Below, piece by piece: positions 31,434-40,644 of a DNA stretch of 64,000 nucleotides (positions are counted from its first letter, which is position 1; every line of letters starts with the position of its first letter). The stretch covers positions 5,257-69,256 of the forward strand of contig CALWTK010000004.1 in assembly GCA_944384465.1 (NCBI GenBank), written 5' to 3'. The stretch is from an uncultured Clostridia bacterium (GTDB lineage: Bacteria; Bacillota; Clostridia; Christensenellales; UBA1242). Under the pieces are notes generated by a model. It did not search any database. It saw only the letters and a program-made list of their open reading frames with translations, and was not told where the DNA came from. The translations under genes and the position numbers were made by a program.

Positions 31434-32867
31434 TTATATCAATTTTTGTACGCCTTTCATTGTTACGACTTTTAGTGTCTTTGCTATTTCATTGGTGTTG
31501 GCGTCAATGTAATAAAAATATGTGCCGTCAATTCTATCCACCATAAACTCGTAAGTGGCAATTTCTTTCCCGCTATCAAGGCGGATGATTGCTTTTGAAA
31601 TTTTGAGTATTTCATAATCAAAGCCCAACAACTTTTCAGCTTCGCTTGTATCAACTGTGAATGTTGCTTGTCTTTCGACGTGATTTAGCGCATAGTTTAC
31701 CGCTTCAAACCCTATGATCTCTTGAGAGGTTAAATCCACCTTCACTTTGACCAAATCCGGATACAATATGATGCTATTTTTTACAGGAGCTAAATTGATA
31801 TACGCTACGTTTTCATGAGTCTCGAGCCAAACTGGTTCCATACTATCAAATCCAATGTTGTTGGCAAATGTTTTCGCCATTTCCATCGCCTGCTCGCTCA
31901 TTATCATAGCGTCCCCACCTTCAGCGTAACCGGATAGGGTAATCAAAAGCGACCCCGTCTTGCTCACTTGTGCATAAAATTTCTTTTTGTTTATCACAAT
32001 GTTGAAATTATAAGTCGCAATATCTCCGTTCGTCTCATTTTCGTAGTTTATGTCCACATCTCTATTTTTATATACTGTGTTGACAAGATAATCGTACGCT
32101 TCCTCTTGACTCACTTCTCTATCTCCCAAACCTTTGACTTCACTTGCCTCTAGAGCTGAGGAAAATGGTCCATCGAAAATCATCGCTGGATAATCTATGC
32201 TCTCAGCGGTCAAGTCTCCCATGCCGGCAGAGAGCTCGTTCATGCCTGTACTATCAAATATCCCCGCATCCACAAAGGTGAAGTTTGTATCATACATGCT
32301 TTCATTTTGCTTGTTCAGATTCGCTTTGATTTTGTCTAGGACTAAGCCAATTTTGTCGAACATCAGTTCTTCTTCCTGAGTCAGAGCATCCCCCTTATTC
32401 AATGTAGTCGCATACGCTTCGCACAGACCATTGACCTGATTGAAAAATTTGGTAGCCGCCGCCGCATTTTGCTCATCAATTGGTAGCACACTTAATCCCG
32501 CCAAAATATAATTGCAATCGCCCATCATGTCCTGCAAAGTAGCCAATTTTGCTTGCTTTGTACTCAATGTGGAATATTTTGATATATCTACCGCCAAGTT
32601 GTTCACATTGTCCACCATGGAATAGTAGCTGGAGGTATAAACTCCTTCTAGCACATTGGCATTTTGCTTGCTTGATTTATTGACCTGATAATAAGCTATC
32701 AGCACACATGTCAATATGATTAAAAGTGTGACTATAATCACTATTAATATTGGCATAGCTTTTTGTGCGTTACTTTTTTTCTTGGTATCTTTATCTTGAT
32801 TTACTTTTGATTTTTTGTTCTCCTTTTCTTCGTCAAAATCAACGCTTGATATTTTGTTTTTGTCCAT
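31434..32867 (-). CDS. ypeB: Germination protein YpeB (PepSY-domain partner of SleB)
   Basis: N-terminal TM segment, a YpeB-like middle region and C-terminal PepSY-like repeats. The ATG at 32867 has AAAGGAG upstream. Lies directly after sleB. Confidence 0.85.
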   Translation of the reverse strand: MDKNKISSVDFDEEKENKKSKVNQDKDTKKKSNAQKAMPILIVIIVTLLIILTCVLIAYYQVNKSSKQNANVLEGVYTSSYYSMVDNVNNLAVDISKYSTLSTKQAKLATLQDMMGDCNYILAGLSVLPIDEQNAAAATKFFNQVNGLCEAYATTLNKGDALTQEEELMFDKIGLVLDKIKANLNKQNESMYDTNFTFVDAGIFDSTGMNELSAGMGDLTAESIDYPAMIFDGPFSSALEASEVKGLGDREVSQEEAYDYLVNTVYKNRDVDINYENETNGDIATYNFNIVINKKKFYAQVSKTGSLLITLSGYAEGGDAMIMSEQAMEMAKTFANNIGFDSMEPVWLETHENVAYINLAPVKNSIILYPDLVKVKVDLTSQEIIGFEAVNYALNHVERQATFTVDTSEAEKLLGFDYEILKISKAIIRLDSGKEIATYEFMVDRIDGTYFYYIDANTNEIAKTLKVVTMKGVQKLI

Positions 32868-32878
32868 AATTTCTCCTT

Positions 32879-33586
32879 TTATACAGCAAATATATGATTG
32901 CCTATTTGCGTCACATAGGTCGTTGACCAGATCCATTTGCTCGTGGCGGTCGCTGGATTGTAATAGTAGACTGAACCATATGTAGGATCCCATCCATTCA
33001 AAGCATCATCTGCCGCCTGATATGCGGTCTGATTTGGTTCCAAATTTATCTGTCCATCATTCACCGCTGTAAAAGCCCAAGGTTGATATATCACCCCTGC
33101 TATAGTGTTAGGGAATCTGCTGTCTTCCACCCTATTCAAAACGACTGCACCGATGGCGACCTGTCCGGTATAACTTTCTCCCCTAGCTTCTGCGTATATG
33201 ACCTTTGCTAGCAGATATCTATCATTGCTAGAGTAACCAGACGAGCCACTAGATGAGGACAAGGATATTCCCATTTTCGCTGCTGTAAGCGGACCAACAA
33301 TTCCGTCCTGTGTAAGCCCATATTTCTTCTGGAACCTTTTTACCGCACTGATTGTGAGTGGGCCATTTATACCATCCACATTACCTGTATAATATCCCCA
33401 CTTTTTCAGTCTTGTCTGAACCTCCGTGATGTCTGCCGTTGCAGAATACGCCGGTTCGATTTCTGCTATAGTTTGTCTAGCTTCTCCCGTGTTGTCTGTG
33501 CCTTGAATCACTCCGACCGTGCCCAAAACTCCGAATACAGAAGAGAGCATGACCAACAATGCTACTAACATTTTTTTCATATTCAC
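32879..33586 (-). CDS. sleB: Spore cortex-lytic enzyme SleB
   Basis: Signal peptide, a PG_binding_1 repeat (LKKWGYYTGNVDGINGPLTISAVKRFQ) and a Hydrolase_2 core (AKVIYAEARGESYTGQVAIGAVVLNRV). Confidence 0.9.
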   Translation of the reverse strand: MNMKKMLVALLVMLSSVFGVLGTVGVIQGTDNTGEARQTIAEIEPAYSATADITEVQTRLKKWGYYTGNVDGINGPLTISAVKRFQKKYGLTQDGIVGPLTAAKMGISLSSSSGSSGYSSNDRYLLAKVIYAEARGESYTGQVAIGAVVLNRVEDSRFPNTIAGVIYQPWAFTAVNDGQINLEPNQTAYQAADDALNGWDPTYGSVYYYNPATATSKWIWSTTYVTQIGNHIFAV

Positions 33587-33589
33587 CCC

Positions 33590-34114
33590 TTAATTAAATA
33601 AATTCAAAATCCATTCAAGGATTTTTGATTTATATTTAATTTGCATTGTGTTTTCATTTTTATTCACAAAACACAAAGGTGGATACATCACACACCACCA
33701 ATTATCTCCAATTGCATCTCCCAATTCCACAATTACCGCATCATAATACCCTGACTCCAAAGTGGTATTGCTATATGTCCGTGTAGGGAAATATTCATTG
33801 TTTATTTTTATATTGACAGAATAGTTGAAGCCTTCTACTCTTAGCACGTTTTGGCAGACCTGTTCCAATGTGGGGGTGAGATTCTCTATTATATCAATTG
33901 CCTTCGTCTTGCTCGGCACGTTGCATAGATGTGGCGTCAAATATTCGACAAGTGCATCTTTCACCTTGTATTTGACATTTTGATCGGCGACTGTATTGCT
34001 GTTCGCCCTGATATGTATGCGCAGATAGTCGTACTCTTCGCTCTCTGGCAGGACAAGCCCCATGCACACAATCCCCACAATCAACAATATAATTATCACA
34101 ATTTTCTTTTTCAT
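33590..34114 (-). CDS. spoIIR: Stage II sporulation protein R
   Basis: Signal anchor followed by LRIHIRANSNTVADQNVKYKVKDALVEYL and WWCVMYPPLCF, which are typical SpoIIR motifs. Confidence 0.85.
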   Translation of the reverse strand: MKKKIVIIILLIVGIVCMGLVLPESEEYDYLRIHIRANSNTVADQNVKYKVKDALVEYLTPHLCNVPSKTKAIDIIENLTPTLEQVCQNVLRVEGFNYSVNIKINNEYFPTRTYSNTTLESGYYDAVIVELGDAIGDNWWCVMYPPLCFVNKNENTMQIKYKSKILEWILNLFN

Positions 34115-34194
34115 GATCTGATGTTTGGCAGTTTAAAAAAAATAATACGCACGAATATATGCGTATTAAGCAGGAAAAATAAAGAAAATATATT

Positions 34195-35259
34195 TTAGTT
34201 TGGATTTGCTCTCCCTGAACTAGACTGCAGTGCTCGCCATGTGTTGGCACCCACTATTCCGTCAACGGTCAATCTATTTTCGCTTTGGAATGAACGTACC
34301 GCACTCTCCGTCTCTGGTCCAAAGATGCCATCTAGATCAGTGATAGGATACAAGAACGATAACAATAGCCGTTGTAAATATAAGACCGCACTCCTTCTGC
34401 TCCCCCTACGTAAAACATATGCGGTAGGGTCAATGTTCAACAGCGCCGACCAAGTGTTTGGTCCTACTATGCCATCTTGGGATAGACTGTTGTTAGCCTG
34501 AAAATCTAGGACCGCTCTATAAGTATTCCTACCAAATATGCCGTCAGTCTGCAAATCATAGCCATATTGGTTCAAGAGATATTGCAGCATCTCGACAAAA
34601 TTGTTGCGATCCCCCTGCCTCGTCAGCGGATAGTTTTGAATTTCCCTGGCGACATACGGCACCCCTAAAAAATTGCACACGCCAATGCATGCACTCTCCC
34701 CTACATTTAAGACAAAGCTAGGATTGAGCATGAGTTTTGCCTCTTCAAAGTTGGTCATGAAGCCCGCTTCTATCAGACTGGACGGAAAATTCACATTTGA
34801 AAGAAGACCGATGGACGTCGTGCCGACAAATCTTCCCCGTCTTCCTGTATTGTTGACCAGTTGTTCAAAAATTTCTTCGCTCAACTGCCTGCTCTGTTCA
34901 GGATACGGATTGTATGGACTGTAATAAACTTCTATCCCCTGCGCAGAATTGAAACTCGTACCTGTACCGAATGCGTTGTACGCAAAAGTCACTAGCAAAC
35001 TAAGCCCCGCTCGATTAGCTCTGACCACACGAGTAGAGATACTTGTGTCCTGTATCTCCGGGTGGACATCGTACACATTGTATCCACATCTTAGGCACGC
35101 TAAGATGAAATCTATTTTTGCCTGTTTGTTAAATTCGTTCTCATAAAAACTTCTACCTATATACGGCATGATAGGCGTTCGTTTGCCCGCCGTGGGCGGA
35201 TTGAGCCCGTGTTCATCATTCGCTCCAATCAAAAAATCACTTGCAATAGCCATTTTCAC
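34195..35259 (-). CDS. N-acetylmuramoyl-L-alanine amidase (Amidase_3) with two C-terminal peptidoglycan-binding repeats
   Basis: Amidase_3-like core (LLVTFAYNAFG..., IEAGFMTN) plus two copies of the DGIFG..T..AV..FQ..N.L..DGIVG..TW PG_binding_1 pattern. Confidence 0.8.
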   Translation of the reverse strand: MKMAIASDFLIGANDEHGLNPPTAGKRTPIMPYIGRSFYENEFNKQAKIDFILACLRCGYNVYDVHPEIQDTSISTRVVRANRAGLSLLVTFAYNAFGTGTSFNSAQGIEVYYSPYNPYPEQSRQLSEEIFEQLVNNTGRRGRFVGTTSIGLLSNVNFPSSLIEAGFMTNFEEAKLMLNPSFVLNVGESACIGVCNFLGVPYVAREIQNYPLTRQGDRNNFVEMLQYLLNQYGYDLQTDGIFGRNTYRAVLDFQANNSLSQDGIVGPNTWSALLNIDPTAYVLRRGSRRSAVLYLQRLLLSFLYPITDLDGIFGPETESAVRSFQSENRLTVDGIVGANTWRALQSSSGRANPN

Positions 35260-35313
35260 CTCATAATCTTGTATGACTATGCGCTGAAAAATGTTAAAAT
35301 ATTTTTTACAAAT

Positions 35314-35901
35314 TTACTCGTCTAAATAAGTAGCCATAAAATCTGCCATATGCATCAAGACGCAATTAGGATATCTCGAGAAAGCCTCACTCAAATCAGT
35401 GCCCGACTGCGCTCTTGGATCAAAGCCTCCCATGTGCCAGTTGATACACATCGCTTCTTCTCTAGTGAGACGCATAAATCCGCTTATGATATATACCGAT
35501 TTCTCCCCATGTCCATAAGGCAATGTGTTGTGATAAGCATAATATGGAACCTGAACCCACTGTCCATCGATCTTTTGATTTTTGTAGTCAAGGGTGTAGG
35601 TGTTCACTTTGCATAGATCGTGCAATAGAGCAATGATCGCTATACTTTCATTGGAAATATGTTCTTCGTAATTGTCACCATACTCATTGATGATCAAATT
35701 TTTGTATCTGTTGTATACATTGATAGAATGGGACGCTAGCCCGCCTTCAAAGACCGAATGCCTCCTGCCTGACGCTGGAGCAGTGAAAAAATCACTGGAG
35801 TTCACTATATAATCTAGCAATTTGTCCGCTCCTTCTCGTTTGATGTTTTCTTTGTAGATTTTGATAAACTCATCTTTGTATTCTTGTGCCGTCTTTTCCA
35901 T
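35314..35901 (-). CDS. HD-domain phosphohydrolase
   Basis: HD motif LLHDLCK plus GGLASHS. The ATG at 35901 has AGGAGA upstream and avoids overlap with the hydrogenase gene. Confidence 0.7.
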   Translation of the reverse strand: MEKTAQEYKDEFIKIYKENIKREGADKLLDYIVNSSDFFTAPASGRRHSVFEGGLASHSINVYNRYKNLIINEYGDNYEEHISNESIAIIALLHDLCKVNTYTLDYKNQKIDGQWVQVPYYAYHNTLPYGHGEKSVYIISGFMRLTREEAMCINWHMGGFDPRAQSGTDLSEAFSRYPNCVLMHMADFMATYLDE

Positions 35902-35908
35902 ATGTCTC

Positions 35909-37216
35909 CTATCTTTTTTTGTAAGTTGTATGTAAATATTGTTTTGCTCTTTCACTCAATGGTGCGGTCAAAAATTCGTTATATAGCATTTTTATTACAG
36001 GATTTTCGTAACTAGACTTTACATCCATGATTTCATCTTGGTGATATAAATTCTCCGCCCTTTTTATTACAGCAGAGTCATTGTCTGCCTGTTTTGGTTG
36101 GCCACCGCCACCCACGCATCCATTAGGACACGCCATGACTTCTATCATGTCAAAATGTTTTGATTTCAATTTGTCTAGCACAGTTCTAGCCGCCATCGTA
36201 CCGAAAATCACGCACAGCTTTATGTCTTTATTTAGCAAATTTACTGTAGCGGTCTTCACATCTTTATAACCGCGCAATTTTTTGAAATGCAATAGATCCG
36301 CAGGTGGATTTCCTCCCGTCGTCATATGATATGCCGTCCTGACAGCCGCTTCCATCACTCCACCGCTGGCGCCGAATATCACACCCGCTCCGCTTCCTGT
36401 CGGGAACGCTTCATCGAAAGGTGCATCTTTTAGCGACTTGAAATTGATCTTTTGTTTTTTCAAAAGTTTTCCCATCTCTCTAACTGACACGACAAAGTCA
36501 GTATCCTGACCATATATCCCACGCAGTTCATCTCTCTTTATCTCAAACTTCTTCGCCACACATGGAGTCATAGCCACTAACACAATATCACTTGGGGAGA
36601 CTTTGATCTGTTTTGAAAAATAATTTTTTATGACACTCGCTTGCATGGATATAGGACTTTTGCAACTGGATAAATTAGGTATATATTGTGGATAGAATGC
36701 CTCAACGAACTTGACCCATGCCGGACAACAACTGGTAAACTGCGGTAAAACTTTGTCGTTCTTTATCCTGTCGATAAGTTCGCTCGCTTCTTCCATAATC
36801 GTCAAGTCTGCACCAAAGGCAACATCGAACACATAATCTGCGCCCAACTTCTTCAATGCGGACACCATTTTACCCGCGACAAATTCTCCTGCGGGATAAT
36901 TGAACATCTCGCCCAAAGACACTCTGACCGCAGGACTAGTCATGATTATCACTGTCTTTTGCTTGTTATTGATCGCATCCATGAGGGCAGCAGTATCGTC
37001 CTGCTCAACTATAGACTCAACCGGGCAGACGTTCGCACACTGTCCACAATTTATGCACACAATGTCTTCACTATCATATTTCCAATAGCCCGCTACCCCC
37101 ATCTTCTTTTTGCATACGTCCTTGCATTTTCCACAAAGTACGCACTTGCTTTCTCTTCTCTTTATACTTGGGTTGTCATGACTGATTGGGACCCTTATCT
37201 CACTGTATTTATCCAT
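35909..37216 (-). CDS. [FeFe] hydrogenase catalytic subunit (2x[4Fe-4S] F-domain plus H-domain)
   Basis: All three H-cluster motifs are present: TSCCPAWV, MTPCVAKKFE and EVMACPNGCVGGGGQP. The N-terminus has ferredoxin CxxCxxCxxxC clusters. Confidence 0.9.
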   Translation of the reverse strand: MDKYSEIRVPISHDNPSIKRRESKCVLCGKCKDVCKKKMGVAGYWKYDSEDIVCINCGQCANVCPVESIVEQDDTAALMDAINNKQKTVIIMTSPAVRVSLGEMFNYPAGEFVAGKMVSALKKLGADYVFDVAFGADLTIMEEASELIDRIKNDKVLPQFTSCCPAWVKFVEAFYPQYIPNLSSCKSPISMQASVIKNYFSKQIKVSPSDIVLVAMTPCVAKKFEIKRDELRGIYGQDTDFVVSVREMGKLLKKQKINFKSLKDAPFDEAFPTGSGAGVIFGASGGVMEAAVRTAYHMTTGGNPPADLLHFKKLRGYKDVKTATVNLLNKDIKLCVIFGTMAARTVLDKLKSKHFDMIEVMACPNGCVGGGGQPKQADNDSAVIKRAENLYHQDEIMDVKSSYENPVIKMLYNEFLTAPLSERAKQYLHTTYKKR

Positions 37217-37219
37217 AAA

Positions 37220-38473
37220 TTATCCTTTGTTTAACATTTTTATTTCAACATTGTTGTTGTAATCTTTAAAACTAGTGACCGCATCCGCCACTGCTACAAT
37301 TTTTTCATAAAAATTTTTCATATTTTTTGGTCTAGCGTATAGCGACACATTGTAATTTTGCTTCAATTTTTCTTTCAGTTCGTACACTTTCAAGATGTCA
37401 TCATCCTGGTCGTATATCAAAATCAGGTTCTTCTTAGACGACAAACTGACTTTTCTTTCCCTCAAAAGCATCGCTACCGGTTCAAAGCCTATACTGCATC
37501 CAACTGCTGGCACACTATTCCCGGTCAGTTTTTCCACCATTTTATCATACCTACCGCCACCAGCAATTGCCCCAGAAAATCCTTCTGTATATATTTCATA
37601 CACGGTACCTGTATAATAGCCCTGTCCGCGCACGATAGATATATCAAAAATTATTTGAAAACGGTCGGATGTCAATTTGTTTAGATTTTCAATCAAATAT
37701 TTAACATTGTCCACAACGGACTTTTCTACTCCATATTTGCACGCCATATCTATTCCATTTTTGACGACATCATTAATAGCATCTACTAGGTTATTGATCT
37801 TTTCAGTGTCAAAGCCCTTTTCTATCAACTCCATCATGACGCCTGTGATAGAAATCTTGTCTATTTTATCTAAGGTTACGCACACTGTAGATATATCTTC
37901 ATCGCCAAAGCCAGATGAGAGTACAAGTAGATTCAATATTCGTCTATCATTAATGCGCAATGTCAAATTCTCAAAGCCGAGCGAAGATAACGTATCTAGA
38001 CTGGTTTTCAACAAATCCAATTCGGCATTGATGCTTGTGTCTCCAAAAACGTCTATATCGCATTGAGTGAACTGCCTATTCCTACCGCGCTGTGGGCGTT
38101 CCGCTCTGAAAGCTGATCCTATCTGAATGGATTTGAACGGTGTGGGCAATTTCTCTCTATTGTTAGAATACATTCTCGCTAGCGGTACGGTAAGGTCGTA
38201 CCTGAGTCCTTCTTCTACAATGTCAGCTTCGGTCAAGTTCGGTTTCGTCAGGTCTAGCCTATCTCCACGCTTGACAGTCTTGAACATAAGGCGCAGATTG
38301 TCCCCACCTTCACTGCTATCTAGAAATTCTAAATTTTCTAAAATTGGGGTCTCTATTAAGTTATAGCCGTTGGACATATAGCTATCTAAAATAAGCTTCC
38401 TTAAGCTCTCTCTCAAACGAGCTTCGCTTGGTAAATAGTCGTATGTGCCCCTTATTGGATTACAATTCTTCAT
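37220..38473 (-). CDS. hisS: Histidine--tRNA ligase
   Basis: RGTYDYLP, FRAERPQRGRNRQFTQCDIDVFG and GGGRYD motifs, with a C-terminal anticodon-binding domain. The ATG at 38473 follows AGGAG. Confidence 0.85.
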   Translation of the reverse strand: MKNCNPIRGTYDYLPSEARLRESLRKLILDSYMSNGYNLIETPILENLEFLDSSEGGDNLRLMFKTVKRGDRLDLTKPNLTEADIVEEGLRYDLTVPLARMYSNNREKLPTPFKSIQIGSAFRAERPQRGRNRQFTQCDIDVFGDTSINAELDLLKTSLDTLSSLGFENLTLRINDRRILNLLVLSSGFGDEDISTVCVTLDKIDKISITGVMMELIEKGFDTEKINNLVDAINDVVKNGIDMACKYGVEKSVVDNVKYLIENLNKLTSDRFQIIFDISIVRGQGYYTGTVYEIYTEGFSGAIAGGGRYDKMVEKLTGNSVPAVGCSIGFEPVAMLLRERKVSLSSKKNLILIYDQDDDILKVYELKEKLKQNYNVSLYARPKNMKNFYEKIVAVADAVTSFKDYNNNVEIKMLNKG

Positions 38474-38539
38474 ATATGCTCCTAAAAAAATAATTGCAAA
38501 TCTTGTTTGCAATTATTATAGGAAAAATAAGTTTTTAAG

Positions 38540-38776
38540 TCAATCATTTGAAATCTTTACTTCACCACACAATATGTCATTATATGAATAAGTGTAGACT
38601 GAATTCATGTTTGTAGAAGACTTGACCGTGAACACGCTATTGTACACATCTTCAATTCTTGCTCGCAAACTACTGACCTTCCTTCGCCCACGGTTGATGT
38701 ACAGGTTGACTTCTTGTCCTTTTAGCATCATGATCTTTTGCTTGATATTTTCTACTGTGTTCGGCATTTTTTTCAT
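38540..38776 (-). CDS. veg: Veg protein (DUF1021)
   Basis: 78 aa. IKQKIMMLKGQEVNLYINRGRRKVSSLRARIEDVYNSVFTV matches the Veg family pattern. Confidence 0.8.
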   Translation of the reverse strand: MKKMPNTVENIKQKIMMLKGQEVNLYINRGRRKVSSLRARIEDVYNSVFTVKSSTNMNSVYTYSYNDILCGEVKISND

Positions 38777-38841
38777 AGTCCACCCCTAAATATTTTTTGC
38801 CGAAAAAACAATATTAATCACTGCCGACATTATTAGTCAAA

Positions 38842-39669
38842 TTATTCTAAATAATCTACAAGATTGTCTGGAGCCTCTTCGAATATATAATTCTTTTTTG
38901 AATAATAATTGATGCTCGAATATAACCCCATGATAAAGTCAAGGTCATAATGATTTAACAATTCTATAATTCTATCCCTTGTGCGTGAGATTTTTTTAAA
39001 TCTCTTGACAAATTTTTCATCTCCTACCAAATCTTCTATAGGGATATAATTATTCTTCGCTAGATAATTTGATATGATAATTTTAAGTAAAAGCAAAGTA
39101 TGACTCACTAGTTGACTTACTAGATATTGATAATACTCGTGTTCGCCCTGCAAATAAGTCGTGCTAGACAAATATAAATCTATTGGACGCAATTGTTTAA
39201 TGTTTATATCCTTTAAATTTAAAATATTCTTATAAATATCTGTTGCCTTGCCATCTTCACCATCGTTAGCAGACTTCTTCTTTACTTTAGCAAGATATAT
39301 TTCATCTCCGTACTCACTTTCGCCGACTTCCAAAATTTTGCTGACATATTCTACCTCCACTATGTCATCAATTATTAAAAGCTGATAAATCTCACCACCT
39401 GCCAGATTGAATATATCTATAGAGAACATCTCTTCCTCTCGCCTCACTCCTAAAAGCACAAAATCCGTATTGTCTTTTATATATCCGACAACCGGGTGAT
39501 ACTTGGAAGGGAAAGCAAGCGTTTTCATCTCTAAATTGTCGACGAAACACAGCTCAATTCCTCCATGCAGATCTCCAATATAATGATTATCTATATCTAT
39601 GGCGATATTGAACTTTTTCCTATTTTCTTGCAACTTGTCAAAAGTTTTAACGACTAGATTTTTATTCAT
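38842..39669 (-). CDS. Hypothetical protein (275 aa)
   Basis: Long ORF with normal composition and no motif recognised. Confidence 0.5.
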   Translation of the reverse strand: MNKNLVVKTFDKLQENRKKFNIAIDIDNHYIGDLHGGIELCFVDNLEMKTLAFPSKYHPVVGYIKDNTDFVLLGVRREEEMFSIDIFNLAGGEIYQLLIIDDIVEVEYVSKILEVGESEYGDEIYLAKVKKKSANDGEDGKATDIYKNILNLKDINIKQLRPIDLYLSSTTYLQGEHEYYQYLVSQLVSHTLLLLKIIISNYLAKNNYIPIEDLVGDEKFVKRFKKISRTRDRIIELLNHYDLDFIMGLYSSINYYSKKNYIFEEAPDNLVDYLE

Positions 39670-39714
39670 GCTATTAATATAACACCAAATTTAGCATATT
39701 TCAATACCAAAATT

Positions 39715-39737
39715 AAAAAAACTGGACTTTTGCCCAG
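39715..39737 (-). terminator. Rho-independent terminator of the acidic zinc-ribbon gene
   Basis: The minus strand reads CTGGGC-AAAA-GTCCAG followed by T7, starting 1 nt after the stop codon. Confidence 0.65.
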
Positions 39738-39738
39738 C

Positions 39739-40266
39739 TTAATCATCATCTTCTTCATCCTCGTCGTCATCGTCATCATCATCGTCATCTTCGTCGTCTT
39801 CATCATCATCTATGATGCCGAGATCAAGGTCATCTTCGTCGTCATCGTCATCATCATCGCCCGAATCTTTGTCAAGGTCGTCGGAAAAATCAAATTCATC
39901 TACAATGCCTGTAGTGTCTTCTAATTCATCTTGATCATAAATTTCATCTGTCAACTCGTCTTCATCGTCTTCTTCATCGTCATCGTCAGCAATGTATTTG
40001 TGCCAATCATCGATCTCTTTGTTCTCTTCTTCTTCGCTAGCTTCGAGTCCCAACTCTTGCTTGCAACTGTCACAAATCTCTTGGTCGCTTTGCACGAAAT
40101 TGATTTTACAAATTGGACACAACTCCAAGTCTCCGATATCGTCCTCTGTGGATTTGATAAGCTTCATCTCTTTTTTGCAGACATTACAATATTGGTCAGA
40201 CTTCTTTATATAATTCAATTCGCAACGTGGACATAATATCCAAACTGGTTTAGTAGATTTTCCCAT
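39739..40266 (-). CDS. Double zinc-ribbon protein with an extreme poly-Asp/Glu C-terminal tail
   Basis: CPRC...CNVC and CPIC...CDSC pairs in the first 75 aa. About 70% of the last ~90 aa are D/E, ending in DDDDDDDDDEDEEDDD. Confidence 0.65.
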   Translation of the reverse strand: MGKSTKPVWILCPRCELNYIKKSDQYCNVCKKEMKLIKSTEDDIGDLELCPICKINFVQSDQEICDSCKQELGLEASEEEENKEIDDWHKYIADDDDEEDDEDELTDEIYDQDELEDTTGIVDEFDFSDDLDKDSGDDDDDDDEDDLDLGIIDDDEDDEDDDDDDDDDEDEEDDD

Positions 40267-40644
40267 AAACTCTCCTTTAAATTTGCTTAGTATATTATAA
40301 TTATTGCAAAATTATTTGTCTACTAATTTATGAAAAATATTCATAATTTTTTGCGTCTATAATATAGAGAGCAAATCAAATGTCGAGATTTTCGCTTTGC
40401 GACAAGAAAATCTAAGAACCACCACCAAAATAAGTGCGAAAAAAAAGAAGACTAAATTTAATCTTTGCGGTATATGATACGGATTCTACTACTTTCACTT
40501 TAACTATTACTAAGGGATAAGAAGTATAAAATATAAATACAACGGCTATAAATATTTGATACTATAAAAACTGCGTATTAAATTTCCAAATACTATTGAC
40601 TAATGATTAAATATATGATAACATATAAATAGATGGAGAAATAT

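Noticed and set aside
33894-34250. 118-aa ORF overlapping the spoIIR 5' half and the upstream spacer.
   Set aside because: It lies out of frame within a confidently assigned gene, has no RBS, and has an implausible Cys/His/Gln-rich composition.
39739-39905. GAT/GAC/GAA microsatellite-like low-complexity DNA.
   Set aside because: It is the in-frame coding sequence of the poly-Asp/Glu tail, not a non-coding simple repeat.
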